From: Candidatus Eiseniibacteriota bacterium
Lineage (GTDB): Bacteria; Eisenbacteria; RBG-16-71-46; SZUA-252
Length of the DNA stretch: 54,220 nucleotides
Assembly: GCA_031397435.1 (NCBI GenBank)
Contig: JANNMC010000035.1
Location: 1 to 54,220 of the forward strand
Direction: 5' to 3'
Both the position numbers and the translations under genes were made by a program. This document shows positions 45,912 through 54,220 of the stretch, one piece after another (position 1 is the stretch's first letter; each line of letters begins with the position of its first letter). A model generated the notes under the pieces. It saw nothing but the letters and a program-made list of their open reading frames with translations, had not been told where the DNA came from and ran no database searches.

Positions 45912-48900
45912 TCATGACCGTTCGCACAGGGCATCGGAGTTCTCCACCCCGATCACCGCCCGTACGGAATGCGTGCTCCCGTCATCCCGCAAGGGAATGG
46001 CCATCGGATCCACGGCCACGCCGTCCAGCTCTACCCGTGCGACCCCGCAGCAGCGGCGCTCGGGATTCTCGACCTCGATCTCGTAACGCGCGGAGCCGAA
46101 GCGAACCACCGCGGAGAATCCGGGCCACGAAGCGGGGATGCACGGCTTGACCGACAGGAACGCTCCGCGGCGTTCGATCCCCAAGATCGACTCCAGCCCG
46201 GCTCGATACATCCAACTCGCCGATCCGGTGTACCAGGTCCATCCGCCGCGGCCGACGTGCGCGGGGTGGGCGTAGACGTCGGCCGCGACGACGTAGGGTT
46301 CCACCTTGTACCGATTCACGTCGGTCGGCGTGCGCGCGTGATTCACCGGATTCAACAGATGGAACAGCTCCACGGCCTCGTCGCCGCTTCCGAGCGCGGC
46401 CACGGCCATCACGACCCAGACCGCGGCGTGGGTGTACTGCCCGCCGTTCTCGCGCACGCCAGGGATGTATCCCTTGATGTAGCCGGGGTCGAGAGGCGAC
46501 GTGTCAAAGGGCGGGCTCAGGAGCAGGATGACGCGGGCATCGCGACGAACGAGATGACTCCGCACGGAGTCCATCGCCCGCTCGGCGCGTGCCGGGGGCG
46601 CGATGCCCGAAAGCACGGCCCACGACTGGCTGATCGAATCGATCCGGCACTCGTCGTTCTGCGCGGAGCCGAGCGGCGTCCCGTCGTCGAAGTAGGCGCG
46701 CCGGTACCACTCGCCATCCCACGCCATCTCCAGCACGGTCGCAAGCTGGGCGGCCTCGCTCCGGTACCGCGCGGCGCGGGCGCCGTCCCCGCGATTCTCG
46801 GCCAGAGTGGCGAAGTCACGCAGGATTCGCCCCTGGAACCATCCAAGCCAGACGCTCTCCCCTTGTCCCAGCCGCCCGACACGGTTCATGCCGTCATTCC
46901 AGTCCCCGCTGGCGATCAAGGGAAGTCCGTGCGGACCGCTCGTCAGGCTTCGGTCGATCGCGCGCGCGCAGTGCTCGTACAGCGTCCCGATCTGGCTCGA
47001 TGCCACGGGACGGCTGTAACCTTCGTGCGCCTCGGAGCCGAGCGGGGGAGCGTCGAGGAACGCCGCCCGTTCTTCGAGCACACTCACGTCGCCGGTCGTC
47101 TCCAGATAGCGAAGCGCCGCGAAGGGCAGCCAGAGGAGATCGTCGGAGCAGCGGGTCCGCACCCCGGCGCCCGAGTGGGGATGCCACCAGTGCTGCACGT
47201 CGCCTTCAGCGAACTGCCGCCCCGCCGCCCGCACGAGGTGATCGCGGAATAGGCCGGGCGCGGCGAACGGAAGTGCCATGACGTCCTGGAGCTGGTCGCG
47301 GAAGCCGTAAGCGCCGCCGGGCTGGAAGAAGGCCGTGCGCGCCCAGAGCCGGCTCGCGACCGATTCGTACAGGAGCCAGCGATTCATCATGAGGTCGAAA
47401 GAGTCGTCGGGAGTGCGCACCTGCACCGCACCGAGGATCCCGTCCCAGTGCTCTTCCACCTCGTGGAGCGCCGCAACCGCCGCCGATACCGATCCGTAAC
47501 GGCGCGAGAGCGCGAGCGCGGCGTCGCGACTCTCCCCCTGTCCGAGGAGGAGCACCACCTGCCGCGTCTCGCCCGGGGCGAGTTCCAGCGCGACGTGAAG
47601 CGCGGCACAGGGATCGAGCCCCGCGCCGAACCTGTTCGAGAGTTCGATCCTCTCGAGCGCGGCGGGGTGGGCGACCGAGCCGTTCCGGCCCAGGAACTCC
47701 GTCCGATCGCCGGTGACGGAGCGCAAGGGCCCGGCGTGCGCGAAGGCGACACGGCCCCGGAACTCCTGGTTGTACGGATTCTCGGCGAGTAGCGTCGAGG
47801 TGTCCGGATCGAAGTCGGTGCGAACGTGGATCTGTTCCCCGTCGCGCGGAGGGCCGAGCCGCCACTCCTGATAGCCGAAGAGACTCAGGCGGCGCCGACG
47901 GGCCGTCTGGTTCGTCACCGTGAGGAGCGCGAAGCGCACGGGTTCGGAGCGGTGCACGAAGACCGCCAGCTCGTGGCCGATCCCGCGCTCATTGTGCGCG
48001 TAGCGCGTGACGCCCGCGCCGTGTCGGACGACCCAGCGTCCGGCGTCCGTGCGGCGGGGCATCGGGCCGGGAGTCGCACCCCACGCGGCCCCGCTCTCGT
48101 CGTCGCGCAGGTAGATCGCCTCGCCCGTCGCCTCGGTCACGGGGTCGTTGGCGAAGGGCGTGAGCCGATTCTCCCGGCTATTCTCGGACCACGTGTAGGA
48201 GAGCCCCGCCGCTGTCACAACAGAGCCGAAATTTGGGTTCGCGAGCACGTTGGCCCATGGAAGCGGCGTCTGGTCGGCCCCGTTCAGGACGATCGCGTAC
48301 TCGCGTCCGTCGGGCGTGAAGCCTCCGCGTCCGTTCCAGAACGTGAGCTTGGGGACCTCGAGTTCCTCGCCTCCTTCGTCGCTTCGGTCGACGTCCGCAT
48401 CGGCCTCGATCGAGAGCAGGCGCGGCCACACCGGCTCGGGGTACGGGTGATCGAGCTGGTCTTCCAGGCTGCCCGCGTCCCCTCGGAGCACGGCGCGCGC
48501 GACCGCGGAGAGGTGGATGCGTTCGTCCCCGCTCATGCCGTGCCCGGCCAGGAGGAAAGCCCCGCCAGGTTTGTCCTTCCACGCGCCCCACGGTCCCCCC
48601 TCCAAGAGCGCGTTCAGTTGCTCGTGGATCTCGTTTCGATAGCTCACCGGGTGCTCGTTCAGGATCACGAGATCCGCAATGAGCCCCTTCAAGCGCCAGT
48701 AGTCCTGGGCCCGCAGCGCCTGGCTTACGAGCGAGAGATCGTCCGGCTCGAGCACGCGCACGAGGAGGATCGGTTGGTCGCCGGAGATGCTGTGCGCCCA
48801 GAGACCCGACTGGCCGAGGACATTCCGTTCCAGGATCCCGGGAGGGGGACCGAGCGAGCGGTCACTATGAAAGACGCGCGAGGCGAGCCGCTCGTAGAGC

Positions 48901-51900
48901 TGCGCTTCCTCGATCGGGATGCCGAGGTAACGGAGCGAGATGGCGAGCTGCGTCGCGGCGAGGGCGAAAGTGCGCGACGCCGAGGTCGGGTCCGCGTACT
49001 TCATGCAGAGGGCGACGGCCGCGTCGCGATCCGAGGCCATGCCGGTGGCGAAGGCGAGGCGCGCGAACCCCCCCGGCGCGAGCCGAACCCGCTGGCGGAG
49101 GCTCAAGATGGGATCGAGCGTGGCGCCGACGGTTCCCGAAAGGGGCCGGCCGTCGAGCGCGGCGGGGTCGTCGGTGCCGCGGCCGCGGCCGAGGAACCGC
49201 GCGCGGTCGGTCTCCCACTCGATCGCGCTCTGCACGCGTCCTTCCATGCTGAGCACGTGGATCGCCCACGCGCGCGGGTCGTCCGCCGAGCGGGGCCGCC
49301 GCGTACAGAGGAGCGAGCCGGTCTCGGGGCGGCACTCGGTTTCCAGGAAGAGCTTTCCGAACACGGGATGCGCGAGGTCGTCGGCTTGCGGAGCGAGCAC
49401 CACCTCGGCGTAGCTCGTGATCTCGATCTCGCGCTGATAGCTGCTCCGGTTGGTCAGGGAGAGCCGCCGGACTTCGACTTCGTCCTCGGGCGAGACCGCG
49501 ATCTCGAGTTTGGAGTGGATCTCTTCCAGGCGCTGCTCGATCACCACGCGGTCGGGAAGGAACGTGGTCCGGTACTCGTCTGGCTCGCGCCGGATTGGCT
49601 GGTAGGCGGCCGACCAGACCGCTCCGCTCCGCACGTCCCGGAGGTAGAGGCACTGGCTACCGGGGTCTACGGTCGGGTCATCCCGTCGTCGCGTGACCGC
49701 GAGCCCCTTGCAGCAGCTTCCGCCTCCGCCGGAGTTGGTGACGATCGAGACGTAATGGCCGTTCGAGAGAAGGGCCGCGTGCGGGTAGTGGGTGTGCGGC
49801 GTCCGGAATCGCCGCGGCGTGATGGGCAGCACCGGAGGTGCCAGGCGTGTCACCTCGATCGGTCGCGGGCGCGTCACCGCGACGAACCGCGGGACTCGCT
49901 CCTGGAGCAATAGCTCGGTCGCCTGGACGCGGGCCTCGCTGTGGAAGCGCTCCACCATCGGTTGGTGGAGCACCGCGTTGGCGAGCGCGACCAGCGACAT
50001 TCCCTGGTGGTGCGCGAAATACGCCTCGACCACGGTAGCCTGCCCGCCGACCGGCACGCTCTCCTCGTCCTTCGCGACCTCGCGCGGCGTGTAGTCGATC
50101 GCCTCGTAGAAACCGAAGTTCCCCTCCGCCCCCTCGCGCGCGAGGCGCTTGAGATTCAGGGTGGCCTCGGCGGGGACGACCATCGCGGCCAGCGCCGTGG
50201 CATACGGAGCCACGACCATCTCCTCGGAGAGTCCGCGCTTCAGCCCCAACTCCGGCACGCCGAATGCCTTGTACTGATAGTTCCCGCTTCGGTCCATCTG
50301 GTTGTACGCCGATTCGGAGATCCCCCAAGGGACGCCGTGGAGCCGCCCGTACTGGATCTGCGCGCGCACCGCGGATTCCGACGAGCGCTGGAGGAGCGTG
50401 TCGGGGTAGCTCCGCATCAGGAGGAGCGGCATCAGGTATTCGAACATCGAGCCGCTCCAGGAGACGAGCGTAGGCACGCCGGCGACACCAACGAGCGCAC
50501 GCCCGAGTTGGAACCAGTGCTCGGGCGGTACGTCTCCCTTCGCGATCGCCACGAAGCTCGCGAGACGAGCTTCCGATGCAAGGAGGTCGTAGTACGAAGC
50601 GTCCAGGCGCCCCGGTCCCTCCGTGTCCGCATGCCGGTAGCCGATGGAGAAGATCCGGCGGTCCTTATCGTAGAGGAACCGGAAATCCATCTCGTCGGCG
50701 AGCCGCTCCGCGCGATTCGCCAGCGCGCCTCGCCGCTCGATCCAATCCTCCGCGGAGCCGCCGTCGATCGGGCCGCGGAGGAGCCGAACCAGCGCCTTGC
50801 CCCAGAAGGCGGCCTCTTCGGCCTCGCGTCCGCCCATGCCGTCGAGCTCGGCCGCGCCGAGGGCGTCGGCGAGCAGGTTCCCCACGGCGTCCCCGCGCGG
50901 CGACTCCAACCGGACCGCGGCGGAGGACACCTCGAACACCTCCACCTCGTGGAGCGCCGGCGCCAAGCGCTCCACGACCGTCTCGGCCACGTCCGCTCCG
51001 GGGAGCGCGTCCAGGCTGTGGCGCAGGAGCGCAAGCGTGTCCGCGATGGCCGCGGGTCGCCGGAAGCCGCCCGGCCGGTTCGACTCGAGTCGCTTGAGCC
51101 CCGCCGCGAGCGCCACGAGGGAGCCCGCCAGGTTGGCGCTGTCGACGGTAGAGACATAGCGTGGCAGGAGCGGAGCCAGGCTGACCGTGTCGTACCAGTT
51201 CAGGAGGTGGCCCTCGTGCTTCTCCAGGACGTCGAGCGTGTCCAGCACGCGCTCGACACGATCGAGCGCCTCGCGCGCATCGATGAAGCCCAGGTCGTGC
51301 GCCGAAAGCGTCGCGAGCAAAGCCATGCCGATGTTCGTCGGCGACGTGCGGTGCGCCACCTTCCGTCCCTGCTTCTCCTGGACATTGTCGGGTGGGAGCC
51401 AGTGGTCTTCCTCCCCGGCGAAGATCTCGAAATAGCGCCAGGTGTTCCGCGCGATTCGCCGCAGGTACACCCTGTCACGCGGCTCCAGTACGGCCATCTG
51501 TGGAGGCACCGGTCGGCTCAGCCAGTAGGCGACGAGCGGCGAGAAGAGCCAGAGCACGAGTGGTGGAAGGGCGGCGCCGATCGCCTCGGGACGCATCGAG
51601 AGCGTGAGCGCGAGGATCACAACCGCGACGGCGGGGCCCGCCCACATGCCGTTCGCGAATGCCCGCAGGCGGTCCGCGCCCGAGAGCTTGGCGGTGCGAG
51701 CGGCGGCGGTCGCGGCTGTCTCCCATTCGAGCATTCTCCGCTTGGTGAAGAAGAGCCGTATCAGGGTGAGAGCGATCGCATGCACCATCTCGTAGGACTG
51801 ATAGGCGAGGAGCGTGACGTCGAGGAACACCTGGGCGCCGGCCGTTTGGGACTCCTCCCAGAGATCGCGGAGGAAGACCACGGAGGGCTGATGCGGCGCG

Positions 51901-54220
51901 GGCCCCTTCAGCATGCGCACGACCTTCGAATAAAGCGGGAAGCACATGCCCAGGAACACCGCGACCGTCCACGCCCACGGCGGTCCAGGGAGCCACGTCC
52001 AGGCCGAGGCGAGTAGCGCGAGAGTCGCCGGGGCGATCAGGCTCCGTCGCAAGTTATCCAAGATCTTCCAGCGGCCGATCACGGGGACGCGGTTCCGCTC
52101 CAGCCCGCGCCGCGTGGGCACCCACGGGAAGAGCCAGGCCAAGATCTGCCAGTCGCCGCGCACCCATCGACGCTGTCGGCCCGCATGGGCCAGGATGCTG
52201 GAGGGGAAATCGTCGACGACCTCGATGTCCGAGACCAGCGCCGTCCGTGCGTGGATCCCCTCGAACAGGTCGTGGGAAAGAAGCGCGTTCTCGGGGACGC
52301 GCCCCTCCAGCGCGGCCATGAAGGCGTCGACGTCATAGAGGCCCTTGCCGGTGAAGATCCCCTCGCTGAACAGGTCCTGATAGGAGTCGGAAACGGCGGT
52401 CGTGTAGATGTCGACGCCGGTATGCCCGGCGTAGACCCGCGCGAAGTGCGAGCCCGCGGCGCTCGTCATGGTGACGCTCACACGGGGCTGGAGGATCCCG
52501 TAGCCCCGGGTCACGCGTTGGAGCGCGGGGTCGAAGTGGGGCCGGTTCAACGGGTGCTGGATGATTCCGATCAGCCGGCGGGCGGTCTCGCGGGGGAGCC
52601 GCGTGTCGGCGTCGAGCGTGATGACGTAGCGGACCGAGGGGAGTATCGAGGCATCGCCGACGGCGATCCGGAACGACGAGGCTCCGCCGCGCAGGGACGC
52701 GTTGAATTCCTCGATCTTTCCGCGCTTCCGCTCCCACCCCATCCAAACGCCTTCACGCTCGTTCCAGCGCCGCGGCCGGTGGAACAAAAAGAAGCGGTTG
52801 CCCCCGCCGGCTCCATACCGCGCGTTTAGGGCCTCGATACCGGAGATCACCGCGGCGAGGATCTCCGCGTCCTCGGGCCGCTCGGCCGTGGTCGCGTCGC
52901 GGAAGTCGGTGAGGAGCGCGAAGTGAAGGTGGCGGTCCTCGTTCCCCAGCGCCTGGACCTCGAGGTGTTCCACCTGCGCCCGGGCGCCGGCGACGCTTCC
53001 GAGAAGCACCGGCACGACAACCATCGTGCGCGCCTCCTCGGGCACGCCATGCTGAAAATCAATTCGGGGCAGGCGCCGCGGGCGGGCGATCCGGTGCACG
53101 AGCCGATGCACCAGGAGGACCGCTACCTGGCTTGCGGGCACCAGCGCGAGGAGGCCGATCCACGGCAACTGCTCAACTCCCGCGCCGTAGGCGCGCGACC
53201 AGGCGACGGCCGCGGCAACGCCGGCCGCGGTCAGGAACGCGATGGATCCGAGATAGAACGACGTGCTCTGGGCGAAGAGAATTCGGCGGATCCGCTGCTT
53301 GAACCGGGGGACGTAGCCCACGTCGATCTCGAAACCGCGCCGGCCGCCGCCGATCAAGTGGTGCCCGATATGGGTGTTCGGCTCTCCCTCGCCACGCTCC
53401 GCCGCCTGCCGCGCGCTCTCCACGGAACGGAGCGCCACGCGCACCTGAGCGTCCCCCGTCGGCTCCGAAAGCTCCTCGACAGCCTGGCGGTAGCGGTCCC
53501 GGCTCGGAAAGTCCATCCGGCCGTAGACCCCCGCCGGGTCTCGCCGGAGAACCTGTTCCATGAGGCTCACCCGCTCGATCGTGCGGTTCCAGTCGGTCGT
53601 GGCAACCATCTGGAGGGCGGCGATCGAGTTCCCCATGGAGGCCTGGCCCATCGTCTGCCGCTGGTGCTCGGCGCGCACGGCCTCGTCGACCGTGAGTCCA
53701 ACCGCCTGGAGGCGGCGGTCGACCTCGGTCCGGAGTTCTCCCACGCGCGGCCCAAGCTCCCGCATGCGCTGAACGAGATGGACCACGAATCCGTTCGAGA
53801 GCGTCTCGGGAAGAGGCGGGAGCGAATGATCGGGCTTGGCGGTCTCGAAGTGTCCGAAGTACATCTCGGCCTCGGCTTCGCCCTCGCGGCTCTCCATGAT
53901 CTCGTCGGCCAGCCGCCGGATATTCTCGATCAGGCAGAGCTTGAGCATGCTCGGCCACGCCCACAGCTCGCCCAGCGTCAGCGGCGCCACCGACTGGTAG
54001 GCGCCGATGAAGTGAATCAGCCGCTCCAGGTCGAAGCGCGCGTCGCTGTGGCGGATGAATTCGAGCGCCATGGCGTGAACACGGGCGGTGCCCGCGAGTT
54101 CGCGCGCGGCGACTTTCGGAAGCTCGAGATAGTAGCGCGGCGGGAGGTTCTTCCGAACCTCGACCGCTTCGGCCTCGACGAGGTGGAAGTTGTCGAGCAG
54201 CCACTCGGCCGCGGGCGCGA
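45912..54220 (-). CDS. ndvB: Cyclic beta-1,2-glucan synthase-like protein (GT84 + central domain + GH94), 5' partial at window edge
   Basis: The frame stays open beyond the ATG at 54071 to base 54220, reading [33 protein letters not shown] motifs VITLDADT (DAD at 52605-52613), GKGLYDV, SHDLFEG and [12 protein letters not shown]-terminal GH94-like [17 protein letters not shown]. More than 2,769 codons are in the window. Confidence 0.9.
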   Translation of the reverse strand, partial: APAAEWLLDNFHLVEAEAVEVRKNLPPRYYLELPKVAARELAGTARVHAMALEFIRHSDARFDLERLIHFIGAYQSVAPLTLGELWAWPSMLKLCLIENIRRLADEIMESREGEAEAEMYFGHFETAKPDHSLPPLPETLSNGFVVHLVQRMRELGPRVGELRTEVDRRLQAVGLTVDEAVRAEHQRQTMGQASMGNSIAALQMVATTDWNRTIERVSLMEQVLRRDPAGVYGRMDFPSRDRYRQAVEELSEPTGDAQVRVALRSVESARQAAERGEGEPNTHIGHHLIGGGRRGFEIDVGYVPRFKQRIRRILFAQSTSFYLGSIAFLTAAGVAAAVAWSRAYGAGVEQLPWIGLLALVPASQVAVLLVHRLVHRIARPRRLPRIDFQHGVPEEARTMVVVPVLLGSVAGARAQVEHLEVQALGNEDRHLHFALLTDFRDATTAERPEDAEILAAVISGIEALNARYGAGGGNRFFLFHRPRRWNEREGVWMGWERKRGKIEEFNASLRGGASSFRIAVGDASILPSVRYVITLDADTRLPRETARRLIGIIQHPLNRPHFDPALQRVTRGYGILQPRVSVTMTSAAGSHFARVYAGHTGVDIYTTAVSDSYQDLFSEGIFTGKGLYDVDAFMAALEGRVPENALLSHDLFEGIHARTALVSDIEVVDDFPSSILAHAGRQRRWVRGDWQILAWLFPWVPTRRGLERNRVPVIGRWKILDNLRRSLIAPATLALLASAWTWLPGPPWAWTVAVFLGMCFPLYSKVVRMLKGPAPHQPSVVFLRDLWEESQTAGAQVFLDVTLLAYQSYEMVHAIALTLIRLFFTKRRMLEWETAATAAARTAKLSGADRLRAFANGMWAGPAVAVVILALTLSMRPEAIGAALPPLVLWLFSPLVAYWLSRPVPPQMAVLEPRDRVYLRRIARNTWRYFEIFAGEEDHWLPPDNVQEKQGRKVAHRTSPTNIGMALLATLSAHDLGFIDAREALDRVERVLDTLDVLEKHEGHLLNWYDTVSLAPLLPRYVSTVDSANLAGSLVALAAGLKRLESNRPGGFRRPAAIADTLALLRHSLDALPGADVAETVVERLAPALHEVEVFEVSSAAVRLESPRGDAVGNLLADALGAAELDGMGGREAEEAAFWGKALVRLLRGPIDGGSAEDWIERRGALANRAERLADEMDFRFLYDKDRRIFSIGYRHADTEGPGRLDASYYDLLASEARLASFVAIAKGDVPPEHWFQLGRALVGVAGVPTLVSWSGSMFEYLMPLLLMRSYPDTLLQRSSESAVRAQIQYGRLHGVPWGISESAYNQMDRSGNYQYKAFGVPELGLKRGLSEEMVVAPYATALAAMVVPAEATLNLKRLAREGAEGNFGFYEAIDYTPREVAKDEESVPVGGQATVVEAYFAHHQGMSLVALANAVLHQPMVERFHSEARVQATELLLQERVPRFVAVTRPRPIEVTRLAPPVLPITPRRFRTPHTHYPHAALLSNGHYVSIVTNSGGGGSCCKGLAVTRRRDDPTVDPGSQCLYLRDVRSGAVWSAAYQPIRREPDEYRTTFLPDRVVIEQRLEEIHSKLEIAVSPEDEVEVRRLSLTNRSSYQREIEITSYAEVVLAPQADDLAHPVFGKLFLETECRPETGSLLCTRRPRSADDPRAWAIHVLSMEGRVQSAIEWETDRARFLGRGRGTDDPAALDGRPLSGTVGATLDPILSLRQRVRLAPGGFARLAFATGMASDRDAAVALCMKYADPTSASRTFALAATQLAISLRYLGIPIEEAQLYERLASRVFHSDRSLGPPPGILERNVLGQSGLWAHSISGDQPILLVRVLEPDDLSLVSQALRAQDYWRLKGLIADLVILNEHPVSYRNEIHEQLNALLEGGPWGAWKDKPGGAFLLAGHGMSGDERIHLSAVARAVLRGDAGSLEDQLDHPYPEPVWPRLLSIEADADVDRSDEGGEELEVPKLTFWNGRGGFTPDGREYAIVLNGADQTPLPWANVLANPNFGSVVTAAGLSYTWSENSRENRLTPFANDPVTEATGEAIYLRDDESGAAWGATPGPMPRRTDAGRWVVRHGAGVTRYAHNERGIGHELAVFVHRSEPVRFALLTVTNQTARRRRLSLFGYQEWRLGPPRDGEQIHVRTDFDPDTSTLLAENPYNQEFRGRVAFAHAGPLRSVTGDRTEFLGRNGSVAHPAALERIELSNRFGAGLDPCAALHVALELAPGETRQVVLLLGQGESRDAALALSRRYGSVSAAVAALHEVEEHWDGILGAVQVRTPDDSFDLMMNRWLLYESVASRLWARTAFFQPGGAYGFRDQLQDVMALPFAAPGLFRDHLVRAAGRQFAEGDVQHWWHPHSGAGVRTRCSDDLLWLPFAALRYLETTGDVSVLEERAAFLDAPPLGSEAHEGYSRPVASSQIGTLYEHCARAIDRSLTSGPHGLPLIASGDWNDGMNRVGRLGQGESVWLGWFQGRILRDFATLAENRGDGARAARYRSEAAQLATVLEMAWDGEWYRRAYFDDGTPLGSAQNDECRIDSISQSWAVLSGIAPPARAERAMDSVRSHLVRRDARVILLLSPPFDTSPLDPGYIKGYIPGVRENGGQYTHAAVWVVMAVAALGSGDEAVELFHLLNPVNHARTPTDVNRYKVEPYVVAADVYAHPAHVGRGGWTWYTGSASWMYRAGLESILGIERRGAFLSVKPCIPASWPGFSAVVRFGSARYEIEVENPERRCCGVARVELDGVAVDPMAIPLRDDGSTHSVRAVIGVENSDALCERS

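Noticed and set aside
1-54220. Search for CRISPR arrays, tRNA/rRNA genes, transposases, integrases, reverse transcriptases, toxin-antitoxin pairs and biosynthetic clusters.
   Set aside because: There are no regularly spaced direct repeats and no T-loop/acceptor-like GGTTCGA contexts outside coding sequence. No ORF has the corresponding catalytic motifs. Intergenic regions are mostly under 200 bp.

Overview
This is a 54.2-kb, gene-dense, strongly G+C-rich chromosomal window. Third codon positions are almost all G/C, which produces many long antisense shadow ORFs. I call 33 protein-coding genes. I recognised no rRNA, tRNA, CRISPR array, transposase, integrase, reverse transcriptase or cas gene.

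The organism looks like an uncultured-type diderm bacterium. One large secreted protein ends in a FlgD-Ig/T9SS-type C-terminal domain. Together with the G+C content this suggests an FCB-like lineage such as Eisenbacteria or Gemmatimonadota, but that is inference only.

Gene content from left to right:
- a YpfJ-like Zn-peptidase (5' partial)
- a minus-strand phoB-phoR-pstB-phoU unit with Pho-box-like direct repeats
- secDF
- a small secreted protein, a metallophosphoesterase and a class-I GATase
- a translationally coupled four-gene envelope operon (DUF4159-like, giant DUF4175-like coiled-coil protein, TPR protein, secreted GATase1-like protein)
- a small Cys-containing protein followed by czcCBA
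- a Ser/Thr kinase fused to a PD40/TolB-like propeller
- a lower-G+C islet carrying an orphan ORC/Cdc6-like AAA+ ATPase with a winged helix, next to about 500 bp of structured non-coding DNA
- bioY, an SDR epimerase, an amidohydrolase and an M28 peptidase
- an orphan prepilin-like gene, a SulP/STAS permease and a CBM9/DUF5916-like outer-membrane protein
- fadE
- a fused polytopic-membrane/spermidine-synthase-like protein
- a 946-aa secreted protein
- a DUF4097-like His-rich protein and a lipoprotein
- a cyclic beta-1,2-glucan synthase-like gene of more than 2,769 codons that runs off the right edge

I did not find a convincingly new system. The best candidates for follow-up are the DUF4159/DUF4175 envelope operon, the low-G+C ATPase islet with its structured spacer, and the Pho-box-like repeats. 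All product calls rest on motif recognition by eye; no database search was possible.
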